Part shown: in pieces, positions 1-11,170 of the stretch | Numbering within the stretch: the stretch's first letter is position 1 | How the letters are laid out: each line of letters starts with the position of its first letter | DNA from: Narcine bancroftii | Lineage: Eukaryota | Reading direction: 5' to 3' | Assembly (NCBI RefSeq): GCF_036971445.1 | Contig: NC_091473.1 | Span: forward strand, 215,946,001-216,010,000 | Length of the DNA stretch: 64,000 nucleotides | Notes under the pieces: generated by a model | Told to the model about the DNA's origin: nothing | The model's database searches: none | The model's input: only the letters and a program-made list of their open reading frames with translations | Made by a program: the position numbers and the translations under genes

Positions 1-1830
1 AGAAGCTGTCTTTGTGCCACTGAGTGCTTGTCTTTAGGCTCCTGTATCTTTTCCCCGATGGTAGCAGAGTGAAGACAGCATGGCCTGGATGGTGGGGGTC
101 TTTGAGGATAGAGGCTGATTTTTTAAGACACCACGTCATGTACGTGTCCTTGACAGAGTGAAGTCTGGTAACTGTGATGTCACAGGCCGAGTTAACAACC
201 CTCTGAAGTTTATTCTTGACCTGAGAGTTGGGGCCTCCAGACCATATAGTGATGCAGCCAGCCAGAATACTCTCCACGGTACACCTGTAGAAGTTTACAA
301 GTCTTCAGTGACCTTCTGAATCTCCTCAGACACCTCACAAATTATAGCAGCTGGTGAGCCTTCTTTGTGATTGCATCAACGTGGACTGATCCTTGGAGAT
401 GTTGACACCCAGGAATTTGAAGTTCTTGACCCTCTCCACGACTGAGCCCTCGATGAGGACTGGGTCATGTTCCCTGAATTCCTCCTTAAGTCCACAATCA
501 TCACCTTGGTTTTGCTGACATTGAGCACAAGGTTGTTGTTGTGACACCATTCAACGAGCTGATCTATCTCCCTCCTGTACACTTCCTCATCATCGTTTGT
601 GATTCTGCTGACAACTGTGATGTCACCCGTGAACTTGTAGATGGCTTTGGAACTGTGCCTGGCCACTCAGTCATGGGTGTATAAAGAGCAGGGCTGTGAA
701 CTAAATGTACATCCTTGGGGTATGCCTGTGTTGATAAATCAGTGAAGAGAAGACATTGTTTCCAATTCATACTGACTGTGGTCATCCAATGAGAAATTCA
801 AGGATCCAGTTGCAGAGGGGGGTACAGAGGCCCAGAGTTTATAGCTTCTTGACCAGCACTGAGGGAATAATGGTGTTGAAGACAGAGTTTTAGTCGATGA
901 AGAGCTACCGTATGTATGAATTCCTGTTTTTGAGGTGATCCAGAGTTGAGTGGAGAGCCAGTGATATTGCATCTACCGTGGAGCGATTGTGATCATAGGC
1001 TATTGCAGTGGGTCCAGATCTTTACTTAGGTACATGTTAATTCTGACTGTGACCAGCCTTTTGAAGCATTTCATCACAGTAGTTACTGCTACTGGGCGAT
1101 AGTTGTTGAGGTAGCCCACCCTACTCTTCTTGGGCACCGGGATGATTGCTGCCCTTTTGAAGAAGGTGGGAACCTTTGACTGCAGCAATGAAAGGCTGAA
1201 AATGTCCATGAATGCTCCGGCTAGTTGGCTGGCGCAGATTTTCAGTCCCCTGCCAGGTACGTCATCAGGGCCTGATGCCTTGTGAGGGTTCATCCTCATG
1301 AAGATGTTCTGACGTTGCCATCGGAGACAGATATCACAGGGTCCTCAGCCTTTTCAGGATTCTAGTAGGCACTATTTGGTTCTCTTTCCCAAAGCGGGCA
1401 TAGAAGGTGTTCAGCTCATCGGGTAGTGAAGCATCACAGCCATCTATAGTGTTCGCCCTCACTTTGTAGGCTGTAATGATCTGCACTCTCTGCCATAGCT
1501 GGCATGTCTCTGTCTCTGTCTCTAGCTTCCTCCAGAATTCCCATTTCCCTCCGAGACGGCCGTCTGCAGGTTGTGCCTGATCCTGATCCACGGCCTTAAA
1601 CACCCTTGTTCTTGCCCTCTGCAGGTTGCGAATCTCTGATTGATCCCGGGCTTCTGGTTGGGGAATTTGCACGTGGGCACACGCTCATCTGCGCAGGTCT
1701 TGATGAAGTAGGTGACACCTGTTGCATATTCATTCACGTCTATGGATGAGTCTTGAATAGCTTCCTGTCCACAGATTCACAGCAGTCCTACAGACACTCC
1801 TCCACCTCCCTTGACCACACCTTCGCTGTC
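1..1830 (-). mobile_element. Degenerate Rex1/Babar-type non-LTR retrotransposon (RT region)
   Basis: Broken minus-strand ORFs with family-typical motifs: NPHKASGPDDVPGR, IIPVPKKS..LNNYRPVA, IYKFTGD.TVV, VSKTKVMIVD, VERVKNFKFLGV. Many frameshifts. Confidence 0.8.
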
Positions 1831-1849
1831 TTCACCACAGGCGCTGAGG

Positions 1850-2360
1850 CATATTTGCTTCTCGGATTCCCATTGACTGGAGCCTGTAGTATACTCCTTA
1901 TCTCCACCCATACGGCCCCACCAGCCAACCCATCTGTAATGTCACCTCTGATCATTGCTATGACAGCCTCCTTAAGCAATAGCACTCCCTCTTCTTTTCC
2001 CTCCACGTCTGTCCCTCCTGAAGTCACTGATGAGTTGCTAGCCCTGCCCCTCTCTTCCTCTAGTTTCTTAATGATTTCCACATCCCAGTGTTTATCTGAC
2101 CAAAGTTCATCCCCCTCAGCTGACAAGCCTCTAGCATTAAAATAGCCGCGAATTAAACGAACAGCTCTTCCTTGCTCCAAGCCTCTCTCCTGCCCACTGA
2201 ACATCCTCCACCCCCCTCCATACATCCTTCCTAACACTTGCCTCTGTCCCTCCTTGCATCCCACCCCTCTGCCAATCTAGTTTAAACCCTCCTGTGTTGC
2301 ACCAACAAACCCGCCAGGATGTTGGTCCCTCTCTGGTTCAAGTGCAACCCATCCCAATTC
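1850..2360 (-). mobile_element. CR1-type LINE fragment (endonuclease N-terminal region)
   Basis: ORF 1788-2264 contains YFNARGL..EGDEL..WDVEII, GVLLLKE and AVWVEIRS, resembling a decayed CR1 APE domain. Confidence 0.55.
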
Positions 2361-2590
2361 TCATCTCTCCTCTCCTGTCCTTACCCACGTCTATCGCTTC
2401 TTGCCTGTCGATCCGTGCTCGTCCCCCTGCCATTTCTTCCTTCCTCACCCAGCCTTTTTTTTCACCTGCCTGCCTGCTTTTTGCTCACACCTGGACAAAG
2501 GGCTCAGGTCTGAAACGTCGGTAATATATCTTTACCTCCTCTGCACACTGAGAGACCTGCTGAGTTCCGCCAGCATTTTTATGCTTTTAC
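2360..2590 (+). mobile_element. Penelope-like element terminal repeat (pLTR) fragment with degenerate hammerhead motif
   Basis: ctggacaaagggctcaggtctgaaacgtcgg followed by gacctgctgagttccgccagcattttt. The same terminus occurs at the Penelope copy at 12137-13812. Confidence 0.6.
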
Positions 2591-2656
2591 CTCGTGAACG
2601 GGACTTTGAGGCAAGGTTAGCATAGCTGGGACTTTTTCTCTTTGGGGCAAAGAAGG

Positions 2657-3411
2657 TGAAGCACGATCAATTGCACAAAGACTGAAGTAATCGAAACTGA
2701 AGGCTTTTATTTGCAAGAGATGGATGGCATCCCATGTCACACTGACCCGGACTCGAACTGGGCTCAGGCTTGTGGCATTACAGCCTTTATGGGGGAGGAG
2801 TCACAAGCCAGTGAGAACAGGGTCAAACAGGAAAGGTCATGGCATTTACATATAACGAATATGTACAATGCGTCTTCATTGTTGGGGTCTTTCATGGCGA
2901 GATGGCAGAGGTCGACAGCATCGAGTCCACGCTGCTGAAGATCCAGCTGCGCTGGGTGGGTCACGTCTCCAGAATGGAGGACCATCGCCTTCCCAAGATC
3001 GTGTTATATGACGAGCTCTCCACTGGCCACCATGACAGAGGTGCACCAAAGAAAAGGTACAAGGACTGCCTAAAGAAATCTCTTGGTGCCTGCCACATTG
3101 ACCAACGCCAGTGGGCTGATAACGCCTCAAACCGTGCATCTTGGCGCCTCATAGTTTGGCGGGCAGCAACCTCCTTTGAAGAAGACCGCAGAGCCCACCT
3201 CACTGACAAAAGGCAAAGGAGGAAAAACCCAACACCCAACCCCAACCAACCAATTTTCCCCTGCAGCCGCTGCAACCGTGTCTGCCTGTCCCGCATCGGA
3301 CTTGTCAGCCACAAACGAGCCTGCAGCTGATGTGGACTTTTACCCCCTCCATAAATCTTCGTCCGCGAAGCCAAGCCAAAGAAGAATATGTACAATAGTG
3401 GTTTCACCACT
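2657..3411 (-). mobile_element. Solo LTR interrupted by an RTE insertion, itself inserted in a CR1 3' fragment
   Basis: 5-bp TSD GAAGG at 2652-2656 and 3412-3416, TG at the left end, minus-strand AATAAA near 2705. The CR1 sequence is continuous across the insertion. Confidence 0.6.
2870..3383 (+). mobile_element. 5'-truncated RTE-clade LINE with a short inverted 5' segment
   Basis: ORF QLRWVGHVSRMEDHRLPKIVLY...CSRCNRVCLSRIGLVSHKRAC is a typical RTE C-terminus. GAA-rich tail. 13-bp TSD GAATATGTACAAT at 2857-2869 and 3384-3396. Confidence 0.88.
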
Positions 3412-3745
3412 GAAGGATAAGGGGAGACTTAATAGAGGTCTACAAGATTATGAGGCATAGAGAGGGTGGACAGCCAGTTTCCCAGGCGAGGATCAGCAAA
3501 CACCAGAGGGCGTGTACAAAGTGAAGAGAGGATGGTTTAGGGGAGACATCAGGGGTAATTCTTTTTTACACAGAGAGTTGTGGGTGCCTGGAATACCTTG
3601 CCAGGGGTGGTGGTGGAGGCTGAAATATTAGGAACATTTAAGAGACTCTTAGACAGGCACATGGACGAAAGAGGGGAGGGCTTCGCATTGTTTTGGTAGG
3701 AATATACAAGGTCGGCACTACATCGGGGGCTGTGTTCTATGTTCC
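3412..3745 (+). mobile_element. CR1 LINE 3' end
   Basis: ggggagacttaatagaggtctacaagattatg...ttttacacagagagttgtgggtgcctggaat matches the other CR1 3' ends in the window. Confidence 0.7.
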
Positions 3746-4426
3746 ATGCCTTCTCTCCCCCAGAAGAGATCCCAATGATCCAAAAATCTGAATGCCTGTC
3801 CCATGCATTTTCTGGCCTGTTTTCCTATTTCTGACCTCACCAGCACATTGAGAGTTGGGAGTAATCCAGAGATCACTGCCCTTGAGGTCTGGCTTCTCAA
3901 TCTCTCCCCAACCGCCTGTGCAGGACCTCATCCCATCCTTTACTGGTCGTTTGTGCTGGCGTGTACAACCCACTCTGCCTGACCCCTTGCCCTCACCAGC
4001 CCGTTGGCACCCGGGAGGCAACACACCTCACTAGCATTCCCCTCTCCCCCACTCCCCACTGGTCCACCTACACTCCTCTCTGCCCCATCCCAACATAGGA
4101 GATTATGCTCCCCTCATTCCTAATCAGGGGTTCACGCCATCCCTGCTCTCACCCCCATCTGGAGGTTTGCACTCCCCTGCCTCCACCCCGACCCAGGGGT
4201 CCACACTCTGCTCACCCCCAGCCAGGGGTTCACAGTCCCCCAGCCCAACCCTGACTTGGAGCTCTGCACTGCCTCTACCCCACTACTACTGGGGTCTGTG
4301 CTTTCCCCAAACATCCCCACCTCGGGGTCTGCACCCCCCATCCAATCCCCAGCCAGGAGTTCACAATCCCCCTACCCGGGGTCCACACCTCCCTCCCCCA
4401 CCCAGGGGTCTGCACTCCTCACTCAC

Positions 4427-4578
4427 GGAAAGAGCGCATCCAGTACGCGTTGCCCGGTCAGCAGGGGCTGTGTACTGGGCAGTTTCTCAGCATAGGGTCG
4501 CACTTGACGCACGGGCCAGGGATGGGTCAGAGAGAGAGGCTTCCCCTTCCCCTCGAAATCCAGCTCCAGCACCACATC
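4427..4578 (-). CDS. ATP6V1A: V-type proton ATPase catalytic subunit A-like, coding exon 5 (152 nt); the gene continues beyond the left edge
   Basis: [10 protein letters not shown]...[26 protein letters not shown]. Acceptor cag, donor gtgagt. Confidence 0.93.
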
Positions 4579-4882
4579 CTGGGGTGAGGGGCAGGAAGGA
4601 GGGGTTAGTGAAATAGCAGAGCCCCCCACTAACCAGAACCCCCTCAGCAACCCCCACACTGACCCTCGCCTCCCATTCTGACCCTTCCCCTCCCACACTG
4701 ACCCCTCCCCTCTCATAGGGACCCCCCTCCCACATTGACCCCTCCCCTCCCACTGACCACTCCCCACACCCTCCCCCAATGTTGACCCCTTCCCCACGCA
4801 TGACCTACCCACCCCACTCCCACACTTCATCCACCCACCCTGGGCCCTGGACACCCATCCCTCTCTCCCGTGCCCCACTCAC

Positions 4883-5020
4883 CTTGATGGTGTAGTTTCC
4901 GGGAGGGGCAATGTAGCTGACGGTGCCCCGCGCCGACGGGGGCACCAGGACCCAGTGCCGGATCAGAGTGTTCTCCTCCACCCAGCCGACAGCGTCGCCC
5001 CCCGTCACATGGCTGCCCAC
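4883..5020 (-). CDS. ATP6V1A: V-ATPase subunit A-like, coding exon 4 (138 nt)
   Basis: [50 protein letters not shown] boundaries, phase 0/0. Confidence 0.93.
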
Positions 5021-5192
5021 CTGGGGAAGAGAAGGGTGAGCACCCGGAGTGGCCCCTCCCCCACTTGACCACCAACCCTTCCCCCACTGACTGCCTTCTC
5101 CAACCCCTTCTCCTCCCCCAAACAACTCCCCATCTTCCCTCAATCCTCATCCTCCCCCTCCCCCTCTCCCCCCACACCCTGCTCCCTCTGAC

Positions 5193-5407
5193 CCGGAGCC
5201 CGTTGGTGGGGGTGAACTCCCAGTTCCGCTCGGTGTCCAGGGGGCTGACGTTGATGCCACGGGGGATGTAGATGCTGCCTGTGGTCAGACCGATCTCGCT
5301 TAGGGGCCTCTGGATGCCGTCGAAGATGGCTCCCATGATGCCGGGTCCCAGCTCCACCGAAAGTGGCTTCCGTGTCCTCAGGACTGGGTCGCCAACACTC
5401 ACACCAG
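5193..5407 (-). CDS. ATP6V1A: V-ATPase subunit A-like, coding exon 3 (215 nt)
   Basis: [36 protein letters not shown]...[13 protein letters not shown] boundaries keep the frame. Confidence 0.94.
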
Positions 5408-6535
5408 CTGGGCATGGCTCAGGCCGCAGTGGGAAACAGGTTGGCTCCCGCTCCCCTCTTCCCCCTCAACCTTCCCCTTTCCCCTCTCTACCCATCCACT
5501 TCCCCCCCTCCCCAACCTCTTCTCCCTTCCCCCTTCTCCCTCCTCTTCCCTTGTCTCCCCCACTTTCCGCCTCTTCTTCCCTTTCCCCTCCACCACCCTC
5601 TCCCCTTCCCCCTCTGCCATACCCCTCCCCTCTCTCCCTCCACACACCCCCTCAGCTCTACCCCTCCCTTTTAAAATTTCCCACCTCCCCTCCACTCTCT
5701 GCCATCCTCCTCTGCCATTCTCCTCCCCTTTCTTCTGTCCCCTTCTCCCACCTCCAGCATAGGACCCCCCTTCCCCCAGACGCCTTGCCCCCAGGAAAGG
5801 CCAGCAGTGTCTGGGTCTCTCCCCCCCATCACCCTCCCCCACAGCGGGCCTCAGCGAGGACTAGGCCTCAGGCCTGGTCTACATGGAGATGGCTAATCGT
5901 GAGCTCCTGCTGGAGATCAGCTCAAAATTTGGGGCCACACCACAGCCACAGGTTCAGCAAGTTTACCACCTCCTGCTCAGTCCCAGGAGAGCCCCACACA
6001 CGGGCAATGAACAAAAGGGAACGTCACCCCCCCCCCCTCGACAGTGGAGGGACCTGCTTCCTTGGCACAGCAAGATCCCAGAGGGTGCATGATCCAACCA
6101 AGCAGGACAGACCTCAGGACAATCTAACTTCCCTCTGCCTTCCATATCCTCTCCCCACTCCCCCTCCGTCCCCCACCCTCCTCATCCTCCACATCCCTTC
6201 CGCACTCTTCCCCATCCTCTCCCCGCTTTCCCCAGTCCCTCCCTCCCAATCCCCACCCTGCTCACCCCACTCAACCCCCCCCACCTTCTTCATGCTTTCC
6301 CCAGCCCTTCCCTCCCCACTCTCCCTCCTAACCCCACCCTCCTCATCCTCCCCACTCCCTCTCTGCACTCTCCCCCACCCTCCACACTCACCTGCCCTAC
6401 CATTTCCTCTCCCCACTCCCCTATGCCCTCTCTTCACTCCCCATTCCCCTCCCAGTAGACCCTTCTCACTCTTCCACCTCCCTCCCTGACTCTCCGGTCC
6501 CTCTTTCCTGGCCACACTGGATGGTGGAAGGATAC

Positions 6536-6664
6536 AGGTCTCCTCATAGACTTGGATGGTAGCAAGGTCCCCCTCTAGACGGATGATCTCTCCCACCAGC
6601 TCTTCATGGCCGACCCGGACTAACTCGTACATCGCCGCGCCTGACATGTTGGATGCCACGACAA
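6536..6664 (-). CDS. ATP6V1A: V-ATPase subunit A-like, coding exon 2 (129 nt)
   Basis: [43 protein letters not shown], followed by donor GTATCCTT. Confidence 0.95.
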
Positions 6665-6699
6665 CTGAGGGAGACCAACATTGGTTACTACAGTTCCCT

Positions 6700-6900
6700 C
6701 CTCCCTCAGAGGGATATCTGTACATTGACCAGTGTGTCTCTGTCCCTCTCACTAAGGGGGATATCTGTACATTATCCTTTGTCTCTCAGTCTCTCACTCA
6801 GGGGGATATCTGAACACTGGCCAGTGTCTCTCAGCCCCTCTCACTCAGGGGGATATCTGTACACAGACCTGTCTCTCTCCGTCCCTCTCTCACTGACCAG
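6700..6900. repeat. Short degenerate tandem repeat (~45 bp, gggatatctgtacattgaccagtgtgtctc)
   Basis: About four recurrences of ctcaggggggatatctg in an ATP6V1A-like intron. Confidence 0.6.
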
Positions 6901-6924
6901 TGTGTCCATCCCTCCCTACTCCTT

Positions 6925-7112
6925 TGTGGTGATATGTAATTACACCACTAGGTCACCAGGGGTCATCCCGGTGACCTTGTATATAAAGCAGTCCAGAGTG
7001 ACAGTCTAGCCTTCCAGGTTTGTCTTGCAGGGAGACAAGACCTCTGAGTGTACATATTAGTTTATTAAAGCTGTCTTATACTCGCACTGCTGTTGAGGTT
7101 ATTGTCAGTATA
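6925..7112 (+). mobile_element. 188-bp solo LTR
   Basis: TG start, ...gtcagtaTA end (gtcagtaCA in the 43.8-kb copy), internal TATATAAA and ATTAAA, 5-bp TSD TCCTT at 6920-6924 and 7113-7117. Confidence 0.8.
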
Positions 7113-7121
7113 TCCTTGTAC

Positions 7122-7203
7122 CTGGGCCTGAGACTCCGTGGACGTATCCCATACTGCTCTCTCGTTCTTCATCCCTGATCTTTGGGAGTGTTTCGAAGTC
7201 CAT
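7122..7203 (-). CDS. ATP6V1A: V-ATPase subunit A-like, first coding exon (82 nt CDS; exon starts at 7216)
   Basis: [27 protein letters not shown]. Acceptor 13 nt upstream of the ATG, GT donor at 7121. Confidence 0.93.
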
Positions 7204-8454
7204 GTTGTCCCCAGATCTGTTGTGGGGGAGGGGGTGGAGGGTGTGTAGGGTGGAGGGATGGATCGGGTTCGATGTTGACAGGGATGTGGGTAGATGGGTT
7301 AGAAAAAAAAAGCTTGTGTCAGACACAGACATTTCCCCGCAACTGACTCTCACCTCTCACAGACACTCTCCCTGTCACCCATTTCCCTTCCCACGGGCAT
7401 TCTCCTCATCACTGATTCTCCCCTCCCACACATACACTGCCACATCATCCACACATCTCACCCATTCACCCCTGAGGGTCACTGAGCTCGGTGCTGGGGT
7501 TGTCACAGGGCTGGAGTGAGTCTGGGGACTCTCTTTACTGAATAACAGCCTTGAATGTGAGAGCTCTGCATTGAACTTGAAACCCAACAAATCTCTCCCT
7601 CCTCCTCCCTCTTGCCTAACCCCTCTCCCCTTCCCTCTTTTCCTTTTTTACTCTCCCTTGTTGCCCCCCTCTCTCTCTCCTCTTGTCTCCCTTCTCCCTG
7701 ACTCTGGCCCTTTCTCTCTCCCTACCCTATCTCTCCCACCCTTCTCTCCACCCCCTCAGGTTCTCCCTCACTCAGGCTCCCCCCCTACCCAACTCATCCT
7801 TCTCTCACCTTCTCTCACTCCTTCTTTCACCCTTTCCCTCCCTGCTCTCAACCTGTCTCCCCTCCCTCTCAACCACTTCTGCTCACTTTCCCCATCTGTC
7901 TCTCTCCCTTCCTCTCCATCTCTTTTCCATCCATCCTTTTCTCCTCGCTTGCTGTCTCTCACTTTATCCTTTTTCCTCTCCACCTCTCTTGAGTTTTCTA
8001 GTTATTTCTGCCTGTACTGGATTCTCTCATTATTGCCTATGTCTCCCCTCACTATCTCTCCCTGCCTCAGATCCACATTCCCTTCATCTCCCGTGTCCCT
8101 CTAACCCTCTCTCTCCCTCCCTCCCTCTCTCTCCATCTTGCTGCTTCGGACCGTCTCTCGACCTGTCTGCCCCCCTACCTTGGTTCCAGCCGTCTCTCCC
8201 TCTGTGGAACGATCACAGTAATGACCCTGTCAGTGTGGGCAAGGGCTGTGTGCAGCCAACAGTGTGCTGGAACCAGTGTTAAGTGGAGATGGTGGAGCTG
8301 AGCGGGATCAAACCAACATCCAAACAGGTTCAAACTCAATGCAGTTTACCCAAAAACACACAAAACTTTGCCCTCCTCTTCACTTATATACACACACTGG
8401 AAAAGCTGTTCCCTGCACCACTTCATCGAACTAAAACCCCCAATCCAGTCCATT

Positions 8455-9370
8455 GCACCCCTCCCCATGACTGTAACCCCTCTGTTCACCACACCCCTCC
8501 TCATGACTGTAACCCCTCTGTTCCCCACACCCCTCCCCATGACTGTAACCCCTGTTCCCCACACCCCTCCCCGACTGTAACCCCTCTGTTCCCCACACCC
8601 CTCCCCATGACTGTAACCCTTCTGTTCCCCACACCCCTCCCCATGACTGTAACCCCCTCTGTTCCCCACACCCCTCCTCAACTGTAACCCCTCTGTTCCC
8701 CACACCCCTCCTCAACTGTAACCCCTCTGTTCCCCACACCCCTCCCCATGACTGTAACCCCTTTGTTCCCCACACCCCTCCTCAACTGTAACCCCTCTGT
8801 TCCCCACACCCCTCCCCATGACTGTAACCCCTCTGTTCCCCACACCCCTCCCAATGACTGTAACCCCTCTGTTCCCCACACCCCTCCCATGACTGAAACA
8901 CCCTCCCTCCACACTCCTTCCCATGAATGAAACCCCCACCAGTCCCCACACCCCTCCCTAGGTCTGTAACACCCTCCAGTCCCCACACCCATTTCCATGA
9001 CTGTAACCCCCACCAGTCTCCAAACCCCTTCCCATGATAGAAGCATCTGGTTCCCTCACCACTCCCCATCTGTAACCCACTTTGTCCCCACAGCCCTCCC
9101 TGTCTCCGTAATCCCCTCTGGTCCCTACATCCCTCCCTATCTCTGTAACCTAGTCCTGTCCACTTCAACCTCCTCTATCTCTTTAACCCCCTCTGGCCTC
9201 TACACCCCTCAATGTCTCTGTAACCCTCTCCAGTCTCTACACTCCTCCCAGACTCTGTAACCCCCTCCTGTCCTCACACTCCTCCCAGTCTCTGCAACCC
9301 CCTCCAGTCTCCACACCCCTCTTTGACTCTGTAACTACCTCCGGTCCCCACACCCCTCCCAGTGTCTGTA
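8455..9370. repeat. ~35-bp minisatellite (ctgtaacccctctgttccccacacccctccccatga), decaying rightwards
   Basis: About 12 near-identical units at 8455-8900, then degenerate ctgtaacccc units. Confidence 0.9.
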
Positions 9371-9742
9371 CTCCCTCCTCCCCTCTTCCCTCCCACACCT
9401 GGGGCAGCCCATTCCCCGCTGGAGATTAACCCAACCCCTTGCTCCCAAGCATTCCTTAAGAACAGAGAAGAGGAGGAGAGGGAGGTGAATCCTAATGTTG
9501 TTGCCAGGTCTTTGGATAGATTTCACAAGGGGGGAGACAGGTTCTTGATCAGAAAGGGAATCGAGGATTAAGGGGAATACTCCTAATGGAATGGCGGAAG
9601 GACGAGATGGACCAAGTGGCCTAGTCCCGCTCCCAAGGCCCATTGTCTGGAGATGAGGCGCTGGCACCATCTTTAGCTGAATGTCCCTGCTGCGTCTTTG
9701 CAGCATTGCTGTAAAGCATCGATGAATGTCTCCAGGGGAACT

Positions 9743-9755
9743 GTTGCTAGGCGAC
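9743..9755 (+). promoter_or_regulatory. RFX X-box-like motif at the putative KLHDC9 promoter
   Basis: GTTGCTAGGCGAC resembles the X-box consensus GTTGCCATGGCAAC and ends 17 nt upstream of the candidate start ATG. Confidence 0.45.
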
Positions 9756-9772
9756 AAGCACTGCTGCAGGAA

Positions 9773-9787
9773 ATGCAGCTACAAACA
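9773..9787 (+). CDS. KLHDC9: Putative KLHDC9 start exon (MQLQT)
   Basis: ATGCAGCTACAAACA|gtgaga is a phase-0 donor matching the phase-0 acceptor at 11170. The main exon has no in-frame ATG before the conserved region. Confidence 0.45.
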
Positions 9788-9789
9788 GT

Positions 9790-11040
9790 GAGAGGCTGAG
9801 AGGGAGGGGGAGATAAGGGGGAAAGGGTTGGGGAGGAGACGGGGAGAGAGCGAAGGGGAGAAAAAGAGATAATGGGGAGGGGAGATAAAGGGGAGAGGGA
9901 GGAGGGAAAAAATGGAGAGAGGGTTGGAGAGGGGGGAGACGGGGGGAGAGAGAGAGGGGGAGAAAGAGAGAGAGAATGGGGAGGGGAGGAGGGAGAAAAT
10001 GGAGAGGGGGAGATGGGGAGAGAGAGAGGGGGAGATGGGGAGAGAATGGGGAGGGGGGTAGAAAATGGAGAGAGGATTGGAGAGGGGGGAGAGATGGTGA
10101 GAGAGTGAGGGGGAGAAAGAGAGAGAAAGGGGAGGGGGAGATAAAGGGGAGAGGGAGGAGGGAGAAAATGGAGAGAGGTTGGGGGAGACAGGGACAGAGT
10201 GAGGGGAGAAAGAGAGAGAGAATGGAGAGGGGGGAGATAAAGGGGAGAGGGGGGAGATAAAGGGGAGAGGGGGGAGATAAAGGGGAGAGGGAGGAGGGAG
10301 AAAATGGAGAGGGTTGGGGAGACAGGGAGAGTGAGGGGAGAAAGAGAGAGAGAATGGGGAGGGGGAAGATAAAGGGGAGAGGGAGGAGGGAGAAAATGGA
10401 GAGAAGGTTGGAGGGGGACATGGGGAGAGATTGAGGGGGAGAAAGAGAGAGAATGGGGAGGGGGAGATAAAGGGGAGAAGAAGGAGGGAGAAAATGGAGA
10501 GAGGGTTGGAGAGGGGGGAGATGGGGAGAGAGTGAGGGGGAGAAAGTGAGAGAATGGGGAGGGGGAGATAAAGGGGAGGAGGGAGAGGGAGAGAGAAGGT
10601 TAATAAGGAGAGGGGAGACAGAGAAGGGGAGAGAAAGAGAGAATGAGGGGAGGGGAGAAATGGTGAGTGGAGTGGAAAGAGTAGGAAGGAGAGAGGTGGA
10701 GATGGGGATAGAGCAGTGGGAGGGGGGTGAGAGATGGGGAGAGAGAGTGGTGAGAAACAGGTGAGGAGAGAGGGGGAGATGAATGGAGAGAAGGCAGAGA
10801 GAGTGTGAGGGAGGGGTAGAGAATGCGAGAAGGCTGAGGGAGATGGGAGAGGGAGGGGGTGGGGAAGAGAGATCGGAGAGAGAGGGGACTGGGAAAGAAA
10901 AAGAAGTTAGGGAGAGAGAGAAAAGGGAGAAAGATGGGAGAGGGAGAGAGAAGGAGAGGAGAGAGGAGAGAGAAAGTAGAGAGGAGCAAGAGGAAGAGGA
11001 GAGAGAGAGAGGGAGGGAGGAAGGGAGAAGGGGGAAAAGC
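9790..11040 (+). repeat. 1.25-kb polypurine (G/A) low-complexity tract
   Basis: Almost only G and A, with recurring gggagataaaggggagag and gagaaaatggagagagg motifs. Confidence 0.9.
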
Positions 11041-11170
11041 TGGGTGTCTGATGTGCTAAATAGCTGTGCATATGGTGCTCCTGATTGGCTAGGCATCTGG
11101 TGATGCTGATTGGCTGGACAGCTATGGTTCCTTCCTCAGCCCCTCACCCTCTCTTCCTCCTGTGTTGCAG

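Noticed and set aside
5365-5385. RTRKPLS in place of human RTGKPLS, as a possible inactivating change
   Set aside because: This position varies among eukaryotic A subunits as I recall, and all exons and splice sites are intact, so there is no pseudogene evidence.
5272-6489. 405-aa Pro/Ser/Leu-rich plus-strand ORF
   Set aside because: It is an artefact of a C/T-rich low-complexity intron, antisense to the ATP6V1A-like gene.
9747-11096. 449-aa minus-strand ORF
   Set aside because: It is the stop-poor complement of the polypurine tract, with no domain features.
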